Shown: one piece after another, positions 7,573-16,717 of the stretch
Layout: each line of letters starts with the position of its first letter
How positions within the stretch are numbered: position 1 is the stretch's first letter
Assembly (NCBI GenBank): GCA_037924335.1
Contig: JAXSMZ010000011.1
Span: 2,581-40,124 of the forward strand
Reading direction: 5' to 3'
Length of the DNA: 37,544 nt
Source: Aquificaceae bacterium
Lineage (GTDB): Bacteria > Aquificota > Aquificia > Aquificales > Aquificaceae
Translations under genes and position numbers: made by a program
Notes under the pieces: model-generated
What the model was told of the DNA's origin: nothing
The model's database searches: none
Seen by the model: only the letters and a program-made list of their open reading frames with translations

Positions 7573-8799
7573 GTTCTTTCCCTCCATAGCTTTTTTTATG
7601 AAAAGATATGAAACAACAAAATCATAGCATAAATATTTAAGATTATTGTTCTGGATTTTTCTAAACCCAGAAAGCAATATGCCTGATGGTTCTACTTTTT
7701 CCCCAAGAAAACTTGCCCTCAAGAGAGCAAAAAAACTATCTCTATCTGGTGTTAGTCTCCGTATGGTTTTGTATGAAAACTTTTCCCCAAGCGTGAATTT
7801 CTCTTCTATTTCTCTTTTCAGTTTATAAAGATAACCAAGTCTTGATGGAAATATGTCTTCAATTGAGTGAAGTATTCTTATAGCATTTTGATTTCTCTCT
7901 AAATAAAGAAGCAATACACGAAGATCATCCTCAATCCCAGATTTTTCTCTAATATATTCATTAATGTCTTCAGGATCTATATTCCCAGCTCCTAAATATG
8001 ACTTTCTTGATGTATCGTCTTTGAGAACTTCCACCAGCTCTTCTATCTTCTGCACGTTCCCTTCTGGAATAAAAAGATATTCAAAGCCCGCCATGCTGAA
8101 TTTAAACCATAGACCTGCAGCCTCAACTCCTTTCTTAACAGTTTCAAGGCAATCTGCACATGCAGGCATATGTCTGTAAGCAAGCCCTTTATCAATGTAA
8201 GGAGCATAAGCAGGGTTGTCAACCGTATAAACAGTAATGGGGAAATAATCTCCTATTACTTTCTTTTTTTGAAAGCATAGAGAACATATTCCTTCTCCTC
8301 CTTTTCTTTCTTTCTCATACCACCTTCTGATAAGATTTTCTACCTTTTCCACTACCTCTTGTATCTCACCCAAATATTTATCGTCTATTTTTATAGTAAT
8401 CAAAATCTGGTGTGCTTTATTTAAGTCTTTTACCTTCATCTTTAGGTCCTCTTTGATTTCGTCCATACTACCCTCAAGGGGCTTTCCAAACAACTGCTCT
8501 GCTGATGAGAATAGCCATTCTAGTGTTTTAGGTTTCTTCTCAGATAGCTCCTTTTTTAGCTTATCCTTTGCTTTAACTATGGTAGGCGTAAAGCCAGGGG
8601 TATTCTTTGAATTCCCCCTTTTCGCATATAGGTATTTCCATTGTTCCTCATTTTTGAAATCTTCCAGCCTAAGATCTATATAGTTTAGGTTCTTGCCGAA
8701 ACGTAAAGTAAAAACTATATCAATACCACTTAATAAGTCCCTTGCTCTTAAACCCTTATTCTCAGCTACTTTTCCAAGATCTAGAAAAGCCCTCAACAT
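7171..8799 (-). CDS. cas8b: Cas8b/Csh1 large subunit (TM1802-like)
   Basis: Two CxxC pairs (CSLC, CADC), I.DIFPSR motif, position between cas6 and cas7. Confidence 0.9.
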   Translation of the reverse strand: MLRAFLDLGKVAENKGLRARDLLSGIDIVFTLRFGKNLNYIDLRLEDFKNEEQWKYLYAKRGNSKNTPGFTPTIVKAKDKLKKELSEKKPKTLEWLFSSAEQLFGKPLEGSMDEIKEDLKMKVKDLNKAHQILITIKIDDKYLGEIQEVVEKVENLIRRWYEKERKGGEGICSLCFQKKKVIGDYFPITVYTVDNPAYAPYIDKGLAYRHMPACADCLETVKKGVEAAGLWFKFSMAGFEYLFIPEGNVQKIEELVEVLKDDTSRKSYLGAGNIDPEDINEYIREKSGIEDDLRVLLLYLERNQNAIRILHSIEDIFPSRLGYLYKLKREIEEKFTLGEKFSYKTIRRLTPDRDSFFALLRASFLGEKVEPSGILLSGFRKIQNNNLKYLCYDFVVSYLFIKKAMEGKNMAEFNKLEEENPEDFFRKYFKEDEVLVGLALLGFLVAYVEKVQYAKGYTPNLYLLFREFSLDWRGVEELMRELMNKATKYNLGEKFYTLYAKAIKRLGFEGRGKKRDDINTALCVGYGIGKNLKSGGEQDEET

Positions 8800-9524
8800 G
8801 GTTCAACCATCCCAAAGCCTGCACTGTTTTTTACACCAAGTCCTGCGTAAAGAGCTATGCACATCATGTCCTCCCCTGTTCTTATATTATACGTTCCCTC
8901 CCAGGCTTCTACAAGTGTTCCCTTAAAAACAACCTTCTTTCTGTAGCTATTTTCTATCTTGACAGGACTTATCTCTATCCCACCCTCATACTTTTTTCCA
9001 TACACTAGGTGATATTTCTTCAAAAGGTTGGACTTAAGGAGCTTATAAAAATCCTCTTGATAGGGTGTGAAGTATTCAAACCTTTTACTGCCAGCTGGAG
9101 TCCTGTAAACAGTTATAGGAGATAGACATCGCACAGAGACCTCTTTTTGAGGATTGTATTCTCTTGCGTGTATTTGCGAGAGGAAAACGTAGTTACTTCC
9201 AAGCTTTAGGCTCTGTTTTTTTAGAACTTCCTTTAATAAACTCTCGGTGAGTTTAAGAAAGGGGGAGGCAAAATGTATAACAAGAGGTGGTATAAGCTTT
9301 AAAATATCGCCCCTTTTTTCTAGTGAACTGTATCCAATTTTTGAGAAGGTAAAAAGCTTAAATTTCCTTCCTTCATATATGAATCCAGACTGGTGCAGAA
9401 ATTCTGAGAGAAGCCTGTCTATGTTCGCATAGAAAAACCCTTGAAGCACATGATTGTATGACTTTGGAAGAATAACCGGTCTGTCAGAGTCCAAAGTCAA
9501 CGTAAGAACTGCTCCCTTTCTCAT
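8793..9524 (-). CDS. cas6: CRISPR-associated endoribonuclease Cas6
   Basis: FKLFTFS, LSPI and C-terminal G-rich loop GLGVKNSAGFG. Confidence 0.97.
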   Translation of the reverse strand: MRKGAVLTLTLDSDRPVILPKSYNHVLQGFFYANIDRLLSEFLHQSGFIYEGRKFKLFTFSKIGYSSLEKRGDILKLIPPLVIHFASPFLKLTESLLKEVLKKQSLKLGSNYVFLSQIHAREYNPQKEVSVRCLSPITVYRTPAGSKRFEYFTPYQEDFYKLLKSNLLKKYHLVYGKKYEGGIEISPVKIENSYRKKVVFKGTLVEAWEGTYNIRTGEDMMCIALYAGLGVKNSAGFGMVEPC

Positions 9525-9536
9525 TGCATAAAGATC

Positions 9537-9851
9537 GCTCTGTCCAACAATAGAATAAATTTATTATACATACCTTAAACACCAACTCCTTCCTAATATT
9601 CTCAAACTTCGCATGGTTCACATACTCACCAAACCAGCGCTTAAAAACAGAAAAAAGCTCTCCACAAGCCATCGCTTGCCATAACCACTTACCCGCTTCC
9701 ATACTCTCTTCTGCATATGTTTGAATATACCAGATGGGTCAACGAGTATTTCTCCTCTTTTTACCAGCTTATCGTTATAGTCTCTGTTTGTTATGGTTTT
9801 CCTCCTGCTCTCTTAAAAGTTTATATTTAGACAAAACATGTTTGAATTAGC
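9537..9851 (-). mobile_element. Internally deleted IS5-family (IS903/ISH1-like) transposase remnant; ends approximate
   Basis: After GGAGG an ATA (dead start) leads to DYNDKLVKRGEI (N-terminal motif), joined almost directly to WKRVSGYGKRWLVESFF / SVFKRWFGE (C-terminal motif, frameshifted). Weak terminal IRs GCTCTGTCCAACA and TGTTTGAATTAGC. Confidence 0.75.
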
Positions 9852-9868
9852 ATCTAGGCTTTTATTCG

Positions 9869-10111
9869 TTGCTATTCTATTCAACAACTTTCCTTTCCCT
9901 AAGAGGTCTCACTGAGGATTTTAAGGTAGCGAAGAATACCTGTAAAGAATGTGAATTTGAGAACATTCAGAGGGTCTACTATGTAGACAGAGAGCATGTA
10001 TATGTAATTTACACTGAGTTTAAAAAGGTAGAGTGCAAAGAGCTTGTCTTTAAGTCAAAGGATGATATCACCTTCAAGGCTCAGAGGTTGCCGAAATACT
10101 GCCGAAGATAA
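9869..10111 (+). CDS. Hypothetical protein or gene remnant
   Basis: 80-codon ORF with coding-like composition but a TTG start, no RBS and no recognisable motif. Confidence 0.3.
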   Translation: MLFYSTTFLSLRGLTEDFKVAKNTCKECEFENIQRVYYVDREHVYVIYTEFKKVECKELVFKSKDDITFKAQRLPKYCRR

Positions 10112-10212
10112 AAGAGAATTTTCCACAATGAAGTGTCATGAAAAGAGGTAGAAGTGAATATAAGGAATTCCTTATATCAAATGTCTATCAAGGATTTGCT
10201 TTGATATTCACA

Positions 10213-10285
10213 TCGGGGTGAGGGGACTTGAACCCCTGACCTTCAGCTCCCGAAGCCGACGCTCTACCACCTGAGCCACACCCCG
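10213..10285 (-). tRNA. tRNA-Pro (anticodon CGG), CCA not encoded
   Basis: Cloverleaf CGGGGTG/CACCCCG acceptor stem, GCTC/GAGC D stem, TCGGC-TTCGGGA-GCTGA anticodon arm and AGGGG-TTCAAGT-CCCCT T arm. Confidence 0.97.
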
Positions 10286-10305
10286 TCGGTTATATTTTAA
10301 TATCT

Positions 10306-11844
10306 ATGGCAGACTCAGAACAAATACTCAGGAAAGTGGATATAGTGGATGTTATATCTTCATACTTAGAGCTTAAAAAGAGCGGTAGCAACTACAGTGC
10401 CAGATGTCCCTTTCATCAAGATGATACACCTTCTCTCTTCGTATCACCAACAAAGGGTATATGGAAATGTTTTGGATGCGGCGTTGGTGGAGATGCTATA
10501 AAGTTCGTAGCCCTTTACGAGAACATAAGCTATTCGGAGGCTCTTATGAAGGTCGCAAAGAAGTACAACATACCCCTAAAGCCCAAAAGACAAAAAAAGG
10601 ATGAGAAGCTTCTGAAAGCTCTTGAGCTTGTAGCCCAACTCTATATGGAAAAATTAAGAAACACACCCTTTGCGATAGACTATCTTAAAGAAAGGGTTGT
10701 ATCTTCAAGAAGTGTACATAAGTTCATGCTTGGCTTTTCAAAGTCTTCAGAGGAGCTTGTTAGATTTTTAAAAGAGAAAGGCCTTTTAGATGTTTACGAG
10801 AGGACTGGAAACATAATAAAGATAGACAATGGTATTTACAGAGACCTTTTTTTAAGCAGGCTTACAATTCCAATTAAGGATGAGAAAGGGAAAGTGATAG
10901 CCTTCGGTGGAAGGGTGCTTTATGACGGACAGCCTAAGTACATAAACTCTCCAGAGAGTGAGTTTTTTAAAAAAAGGGAGGTTATGTTTGGCTTCTACGA
11001 GGCAAAGGATTACATAAGGGAGAGGGGTCATGCCATAGTGGTTGAAGGATACTTTGATGTTATAAGCATGCATGATGAAGGCTTTAAAAACACTGTAGCT
11101 CCATTGGGGACATCACTCACAAGGGAACATGCTCAGCTCCTAAAAAGATACACAAAGGAAGTTCTGCTTCTCTTTGATGGGGACGATGCTGGCAGGAAAG
11201 CTGTATGGCAATCGTTACCCCATCTTCTCTCGGAAGGCATAAAGGTAAAGGTTGCATACCTTCCAGAAGGTAAAGATCCAGACACCATGTTAAAGAGCGA
11301 TAAGGAACACTTAAAAAAGTTGTTGAGCCAGCCTAAGGATATCTTTGACCTACTTTTAGAAAATGTTAGAGAAGGTGACAAAAAAAACCTTGAGGATACT
11401 CTCCGCTTTGTTGGATTCATAAAGGACAGCATAGAAAAGCATGACATCCTTACAAGGATAAGCAACCTTACAAACATACCCATAAGCGTTCTATATGAGG
11501 GTATTTCCAAGGTCAGTCATGAAGAGAAAGACCAAGACCTTCAGTTAACTTACTTAGAGAGGGTCTTTCTCCTCGGACTTATGAAGCTTGGTGCTGAGGA
11601 GGTGAACTTAAAGGAGATCCTTCTCTCACCCCAAGCTATGGAGATAGTTGAGTACATACTCTCTGGAGACTATCACCTTGTTCCAGAAAGCGTGAAAAAC
11701 ACAAAGGTTTATAACTTAGAATCTGCCTTTAAAGAGTGCTCTGAAATGCTAAAAATAAAGCAGGATGAGTTTAAGGAAAGCCCTAAAAGCATAAAGGAAG
11801 TGAGGGACAAAAAAGAAATTGTAAGATTCAGAAAAAGGATCTAG
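10306..11844 (+). CDS. dnaG: DNA primase
   Basis: CPFH...CFGC zinc domain, PKYINSPE, VEGYFDV and FDGDDAG TOPRIM motifs. Confidence 0.98.
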   Translation: MADSEQILRKVDIVDVISSYLELKKSGSNYSARCPFHQDDTPSLFVSPTKGIWKCFGCGVGGDAIKFVALYENISYSEALMKVAKKYNIPLKPKRQKKDEKLLKALELVAQLYMEKLRNTPFAIDYLKERVVSSRSVHKFMLGFSKSSEELVRFLKEKGLLDVYERTGNIIKIDNGIYRDLFLSRLTIPIKDEKGKVIAFGGRVLYDGQPKYINSPESEFFKKREVMFGFYEAKDYIRERGHAIVVEGYFDVISMHDEGFKNTVAPLGTSLTREHAQLLKRYTKEVLLLFDGDDAGRKAVWQSLPHLLSEGIKVKVAYLPEGKDPDTMLKSDKEHLKKLLSQPKDIFDLLLENVREGDKKNLEDTLRFVGFIKDSIEKHDILTRISNLTNIPISVLYEGISKVSHEEKDQDLQLTYLERVFLLGLMKLGAEEVNLKEILLSPQAMEIVEYILSGDYHLVPESVKNTKVYNLESAFKECSEMLKIKQDEFKESPKSIKEVRDKKEIVRFRKRI

Positions 11845-11853
11845 AATAATTAC

Positions 11854-12870
11854 ATGGGTTATAAAGTAGCTGTTTTGGGTGCAACGGGTGAAGTGGGAAG
11901 GATGTTCCTTAAGGTTCTCGAGGAGAGAGACTTTCCCGTAGATGAGCTTGAGCTCTTCGCTTCTGAGAGGTCTGAGGGAACAGAGCTGGAGTTTAAGGGA
12001 GAAAGGCTTAAGGTTCAGGACATTAAAAAGAGGAAGGACTTTAAAGGTATAGACATAGCCCTTTTTTCTGCTGGAAGTTCTGTAAGCTTAGAGTATGCCC
12101 CTAAGTTTGCAAAGGACGGTGCTGTAGTTATAGATAACTCATCAGCTTGGAGGTTAGAACCAGATGTTCCCCTCGTCGTACCGGAGGTGAACCCAGAGGA
12201 TGTAAGATGGCACAGAGGAATTATAGCAAACCCAAACTGTTCCACCATACAGATGGTAGTGGCCCTAAAACCAATACACGATGTGGCTAATATAGAAGCC
12301 ATAGTGGTCTCCACTTACCAGTCCGTCTCTGGAGCTGGAGCCAATGCCATAAGAGAGTTAAAGGAACAGACAAAGGCTTGGTGCCATGGAGAAGATATGC
12401 CTCCAAACAGAGTGCTTCCAAAGAGGATAGCCTTCAACGTAATACCCCAGATAGATGTCTTTATGGAAAATGGCTACACAAAAGAGGAGATGAAGATGTT
12501 AAGAGAAACAAGGAAGATATTGCATGACGAGAATATAAGAGTTTCCGCAACTGCAGTTAGAGTTCCAGTCTTCTATGGACACTCGGAGGCTCTAAGCGTA
12601 AAACTAAAAAAGGAACTAACTCCGGAGGAAGCCCGGGAGGTTTTAAAAAGAGCAAAGGGTGTTGTTATTATGGATGACCCTCAGTCCAGGGTTTATCCAT
12701 TGGCTGTAAACGTGGAAGGAAAGGATGAGGTGTTTGTAGGTAGGATAAGAAAGGACCTTGTGTTTGAGCCGGGCATCAGTATGTGGATAGTTGCAGACAA
12801 TATACGAAAAGGTGCTGCAACCAACGCAGTGCAGATAGCAGAACTTTTGTCCCAATTTGCCTCAGTTTGA
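11854..12870 (+). CDS. asd: Aspartate-semialdehyde dehydrogenase
   Basis: GATGEVG, NPNCST, YQSVSGAG and DNIRKGAA motifs. Confidence 0.98.
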   Translation: MGYKVAVLGATGEVGRMFLKVLEERDFPVDELELFASERSEGTELEFKGERLKVQDIKKRKDFKGIDIALFSAGSSVSLEYAPKFAKDGAVVIDNSSAWRLEPDVPLVVPEVNPEDVRWHRGIIANPNCSTIQMVVALKPIHDVANIEAIVVSTYQSVSGAGANAIRELKEQTKAWCHGEDMPPNRVLPKRIAFNVIPQIDVFMENGYTKEEMKMLRETRKILHDENIRVSATAVRVPVFYGHSEALSVKLKKELTPEEAREVLKRAKGVVIMDDPQSRVYPLAVNVEGKDEVFVGRIRKDLVFEPGISMWIVADNIRKGAATNAVQIAELLSQFASV

Positions 12871-12872
12871 AA

Positions 12873-13286
12873 ATGTTAAGAATAAGAGGAAAGGTCATTG
12901 AAAAGATCATAGCTCAGGCGGAGAGAGACTATCCATACGAAACCTGCGGGCTTCTGTTGGGAAAGTTTGAAGAGAGCGGTAGGACAGTCTTTGGTGCTTA
13001 TGAGACAAGAAACTCCAGTCATGATAGAAAAGGAGACAGGTACGAGATAGACCCAAGGGATTACATAAAGGCTGAAGAAAAGGCTAAGGAGTTTGGGCTT
13101 GATATAGTTGGAGTTTATCATTCCCATCCAGACCATCCAGACAGACCTTCCCAGTTTGACCAAGAGAGAGCCTTTGAAGGATGGTCTTACATAATACTTT
13201 CCATCGTGAAGGGAAAAGCTATCTCTTACAGAAGCTGGGAGCTTATAAACGAAAAGTTTAGAGAGGAAGATGTCTATATTTTTTAA
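12873..13286 (+). CDS. Mov34/MPN/JAB (M67) metallopeptidase
   Basis: E.CG.L.G and YHSHPDHPDRPSQFD JAMM motif. Start placed at the ATG just after the asd stop. Confidence 0.93.
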   Translation: MLRIRGKVIEKIIAQAERDYPYETCGLLLGKFEESGRTVFGAYETRNSSHDRKGDRYEIDPRDYIKAEEKAKEFGLDIVGVYHSHPDHPDRPSQFDQERAFEGWSYIILSIVKGKAISYRSWELINEKFREEDVYIF

Positions 13287-13287
13287 A

Positions 13288-13364
13288 ACCCCGCACACGG
13301 GACGGCAGGCTTACCGTTGCTCCCTTCCGGGCCTGGCGGGTTTCACCCTTTCCCGTTGCAGGGC
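13288..13364 (-). ncRNA. ffs: Signal recognition particle 4.5S RNA
   Basis: Minus strand contains CAGGCCCGGAAGGGAGCA (helix 8 with GGAA tetraloop) within a long GC-rich hairpin. Confidence 0.93.
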
Positions 13365-13367
13365 TGA

Positions 13368-14078
13368 TCAATAATTATAAACTTTTTTCCTGAAGAATAC
13401 CTTATGAAAAACATAAATACCAGAAAGGGCAAATCCTATAAAGCTTATGAAGAAGATATAAGGTCTTAATTTCTCCAAAAGGCTTTCTCTGCCCATGGCA
13501 TACTGGAGCGCCGCCTTTATGTCTTCCTTTGCAAAAACCACACCGTACAGATACTTTTTTATCTTCATCTCCGCTGAAGTAAACACTAAAAGGTTTGGAT
13601 GGACAAAATCCCTGCTTTCAGGCATGCTCATAAACCTGAAGTCTATGGCATCCATAAGCCTAAAGATGTCTTCTTTGTTTACTGCTACAGCTACGATCCA
13701 TCCCTTACCGTCTATGTTATGTTCCCTTTGAAACCTTTGAATATCTTTTATTGTATCCTTGGGGTCAAAGGAAAAACTCAAAACCCAGAAATCCCTGCCC
13801 GGTTCACCAAGCTTATAAACAACCTCTTTGATGGAGTGTGTTATTAAAGGGCAGGCAGACTGGCAATGAGTGTATATGGGGCTAAGGATCAAAGGCTTAC
13901 CTTTGAGCTCATAAAGATAAAAGGTTTTACCGTTGGAGTCCATAAGTTTCACATTGGGAAGGTAATTTCCCAAAGTCCTCGATTCATCCGGTGGTATCCC
14001 AGTGCCTTGAGAGTAAACGTATGTGAAAAAAAGAAAGAGGGGGATAAACCCCAAAAAGAAGCGCACGAGGGAACACAT
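13368..14078 (-). CDS. SCO/SenC copper chaperone for the ba3 oxidase
   Basis: YTHCQSACP CxxxC motif, SFDP, FVHP His and C-terminal TM helix. Confidence 0.92.
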   Translation of the reverse strand: MCSLVRFFLGFIPLFLFFTYVYSQGTGIPPDESRTLGNYLPNVKLMDSNGKTFYLYELKGKPLILSPIYTHCQSACPLITHSIKEVVYKLGEPGRDFWVLSFSFDPKDTIKDIQRFQREHNIDGKGWIVAVAVNKEDIFRLMDAIDFRFMSMPESRDFVHPNLLVFTSAEMKIKKYLYGVVFAKEDIKAALQYAMGRESLLEKLRPYIFFISFIGFALSGIYVFHKVFFRKKVYNY

Positions 14079-14079
14079 G

Positions 14080-15822
14080 TCACTCTACTTTTGCAGTTTC
14101 TTTACTTTTCTCCTTGCTACTTTGAGGTTTTGTTATGGGAACAGGATTTTTGTCGTTGTAGCCAGGAGAATCAAAGAAGACACCCCTTTTTGTTACATCG
14201 TAAAGGGCTGGTATGTAAGATATAACGAATAGTAAAATGCTGACAGCAAACCAAGGGGTGAGGCGGTTCAAGGCTGGTGCCTTCTCATCATGTAGGGCTT
14301 CGGCATTAGGTAGCTCCAAAATATCTTCCCTTACCCTAGGAGAAAGAAGCGTGGAAAAGAAAGATACTGCAAAGAATATAAAGCCAAGCACTATAACAAA
14401 GGCGGCAAAAGCTGAAAGCTCTGCATACCCTACCCATTCAGGTCTGTAGAGTGGAGATTCAGGGTTGAGGTAAGATATACCAGCGTTTGTTCTTCTTGGA
14501 AAGCCATGCATACCCGCAACGGACATAGCGTACTCAAATATGAGCATACCCTGCCACCATAGCCAAGGTGCTAAAACAGCAAGACCTTTAAACCTTATCT
14601 CTTTACCCATAAGCTTGGACACCAGATAGAGGGATATACCCAAGAGGGAGAGCGTAACAAGTCCACCCACTGTTGTATGAAAGTGTCCAGGTACAAAGCT
14701 CGTATTGTGAACAACAAGGTTCATGTTGTAAGATGCGTTTACTATTCCAGTTATGCCACCTACAAAGAAGAGTAAAAGCCCTGCCATAAAGTAGGAGACA
14801 AGCCATTTATCCCCCTCTAAGCTTATGTAAGGTATCCTTGCCCACCAGTAGAAGAGAGAATTCTTCACCTCTGGATATTTGGATTTTATGGAGTACTCAA
14901 GGGATGCGGCAACGGTGAAGGCTGTTAGAATGCTAGGAACAGCCACACCAAAGGTAAAGAGAGCATGTATGAGCTTGTAGTTGTTTGTTATGCCTGGTTC
15001 TGTGAACTGATGGTGAAGACCAACTGGAAAAGAAAAGATGATGAACAGAATGAAGGCAAACCTTGCAGCACTGTCTGAATAAAGCTTACCATCACCCGTC
15101 ACAATTTTAGGAAGTATGGTGTAGAGCATTGTGTAAGCTGGAAGGAGCCAAAAGTAGACAAGAGGATGACCAAAGGCCCAAAAGAGTGTCCTGCTCAAAG
15201 CTGGATTAACTTCGCTTATTAGACCCAAGGACAAGGGTATCATCTGAAAGACTACTGTTATAACAACAGGAACCAGCATTATCACCCACATGATATGGTT
15301 TACAAAAACGCCGAAAACAGCAAGAGGAACTTTTTCTCCTGGATGTTCCCTTCTCCAAGATATATAGTTGGGCGTCCAATCAAGGAAGAGAGGAACTATA
15401 GAACCAACAAGCAAAAGAGCTGCACCTATGTAAAAGAAGGGATGCGCTACCAAGGGAAGATAAAAGGTGTAAAGTACATTAGCCTTTCCTGCGAACATGG
15501 CCCATGCAGCCATCAGAGTTCCCACAACCATCATAAGAAAGCTTATCCACTGCACTGCAGGTCTTAAGGGCTTTTTCAGATGATAGAGGAATACCGCATT
15601 GCCAAAGGCCACTATAACCATAGTGGTAAAAACTACAGCATTTATAACCCCATGAAGCGTGAGCCCTTGGTAGTACTCTATACCACCAACGGACATCTCT
15701 TTTATGATACCAGCCCTGTACAGAGCTTGCATAAGCCCATGGTAGATACCAAACACCAAAAGAAGTATAGGAATAACTATCTCACCTATGATGACCCATC
15801 TGATGCTACCGCTTACTTTCAT
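14080..15822 (-). CDS. cbaA: B-family (ba3-type) cytochrome c oxidase subunit I
   Basis: YYQGLTLHG, FGHPLVY, GLHH, GHFH and PRR motifs. Confidence 0.95.
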   Translation of the reverse strand: MKVSGSIRWVIIGEIVIPILLLVFGIYHGLMQALYRAGIIKEMSVGGIEYYQGLTLHGVINAVVFTTMVIVAFGNAVFLYHLKKPLRPAVQWISFLMMVVGTLMAAWAMFAGKANVLYTFYLPLVAHPFFYIGAALLLVGSIVPLFLDWTPNYISWRREHPGEKVPLAVFGVFVNHIMWVIMLVPVVITVVFQMIPLSLGLISEVNPALSRTLFWAFGHPLVYFWLLPAYTMLYTILPKIVTGDGKLYSDSAARFAFILFIIFSFPVGLHHQFTEPGITNNYKLIHALFTFGVAVPSILTAFTVAASLEYSIKSKYPEVKNSLFYWWARIPYISLEGDKWLVSYFMAGLLLFFVGGITGIVNASYNMNLVVHNTSFVPGHFHTTVGGLVTLSLLGISLYLVSKLMGKEIRFKGLAVLAPWLWWQGMLIFEYAMSVAGMHGFPRRTNAGISYLNPESPLYRPEWVGYAELSAFAAFVIVLGFIFFAVSFFSTLLSPRVREDILELPNAEALHDEKAPALNRLTPWFAVSILLFVISYIPALYDVTKRGVFFDSPGYNDKNPVPITKPQSSKEKSKETAKVE

Positions 15823-16271
15823 TTTTGTTCACCTCCCTTTACAAGGATCTTGGTAGTCATATCCTGGTGCCCTATACCACAGTACTCGTGGCATACTATG
15901 TGATAAACACCAGGCTTGTCAAACCTCACCCTTGCATAGGTTACAGAGCCAGGAACAGCCATAAGGTTTACGTTTGTACCGTCTATTTGGAAGCCGTGTA
16001 TCACATCACCGCTTGTAAGGTATATATCCACCGTTGAGCCAACAGGAATTTCTACATCGGTAGGTTCAAAGTACCACATTTTAGCAAGGTAGTGGATCTC
16101 ATACCTGTCCGGTGCATGCTGGATCACCTGCCCCTGGGTGAAGGGTTTTACATCCGTTATGCATGTGGGGATGTCGATGTTCAAGCCCTTTGCCGCATAC
16201 ACCAAAAGACCAAAGAAGAAGCCAAGAAAAACTACCGCAGTGATAAAAGCACTCTTCTCTGCTCTATCCAT
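15819..16271 (-). CDS. cbaB: ba3-type oxidase subunit II (CuA)
   Basis: Single TM helix, DVIHGF and CHEYCGIGHQDM. Confidence 0.95.
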   Translation of the reverse strand: MDRAEKSAFITAVVFLGFFFGLLVYAAKGLNIDIPTCITDVKPFTQGQVIQHAPDRYEIHYLAKMWYFEPTDVEIPVGSTVDIYLTSGDVIHGFQIDGTNVNLMAVPGSVTYARVRFDKPGVYHIVCHEYCGIGHQDMTTKILVKGGEQK

Positions 16272-16274
16272 GGT

Positions 16275-16391
16275 TTACCCCCTTGCTAAAAGCGTAAGGT
16301 AAATGGACACCCATACAAGAGCATAGAAGGCAAGCATAAACACTAAGAAAGCTACGGCTCCTTTAGGAAAGAACTCCTCGTGACCTTCCAT
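16275..16391 (-). CDS. ba3-type oxidase subunit IIa (38 aa; absent from ORF track)
   Basis: MEGHEEFFPKGAVAFLVFMLAFYALVWVSIYLTLLARG with PKGA...W...Y.....RG signature and AAGGAGG RBS. Confidence 0.92.
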   Translation of the reverse strand: MEGHEEFFPKGAVAFLVFMLAFYALVWVSIYLTLLARG

Positions 16392-16442
16392 GTGGCACCT
16401 CCTTAATTATTTCAGCTTATAAAAATATAAGCTGTACTTATA

Positions 16443-16471
16443 ATTATATTCACATATATATAATTTGTCAA
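16443..16471 (-). promoter_or_regulatory. Sigma70 promoter of the ba3 operon
   Basis: Exact TTGACA (16471-16466), 17 nt, TATAAT (16448-16443). Confidence 0.85.
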
Positions 16472-16554
16472 TAACTTTCAAATAAGTATTATTCCATTAC
16501 CTAGTTTTCATACTATAAAATCTTTTTAACGTGTTTATACTTAGGGGACTTTAC

Positions 16555-16717
16555 GAAACATCCACAAGAAGGTTCTCCTTTTCAAAGGAGAGATGAATTG
16601 TGATAAAATAATAACACATAAATCTGTCTGGCATAGGCAGTTCTCTATGCCCTACAGTTGGACCGACGGGAAGTTAAGCCCTGAGAAAGGGAAGCTCCTT
16701 ATAGGAGAGGAGGTCAC
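16555..16717 (+). mobile_element. Non-autonomous IS200/IS605-type MITE (163 bp)
   Basis: TTAC at 16551-16554, left-end hairpin TCTCCTTT-TC-AAAGGAGA (16574-16591) followed by GATGAA, right-end hairpin CTCCT-TAT-AGGAG (16695-16707) and terminal TCAC. Confidence 0.72.

Noticed and set aside
9484..9702. 72-aa ORF as a functional gene or Cas accessory
   Set aside because: It is the frameshifted C-terminal piece of the IS5-like transposase relic.
12873..13286. JAB protein as part of a CBASS or ubiquitin-like defence system
   Set aside because: No cyclase or E1/E2 neighbours. It sits in a housekeeping context after asd and is more likely a sulfur-carrier processing peptidase.
13288..13364. GC-rich hairpin as a novel ncRNA or terminator
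   Set aside because: Matches the conserved SRP RNA helix 8, so it is ordinary ffs.
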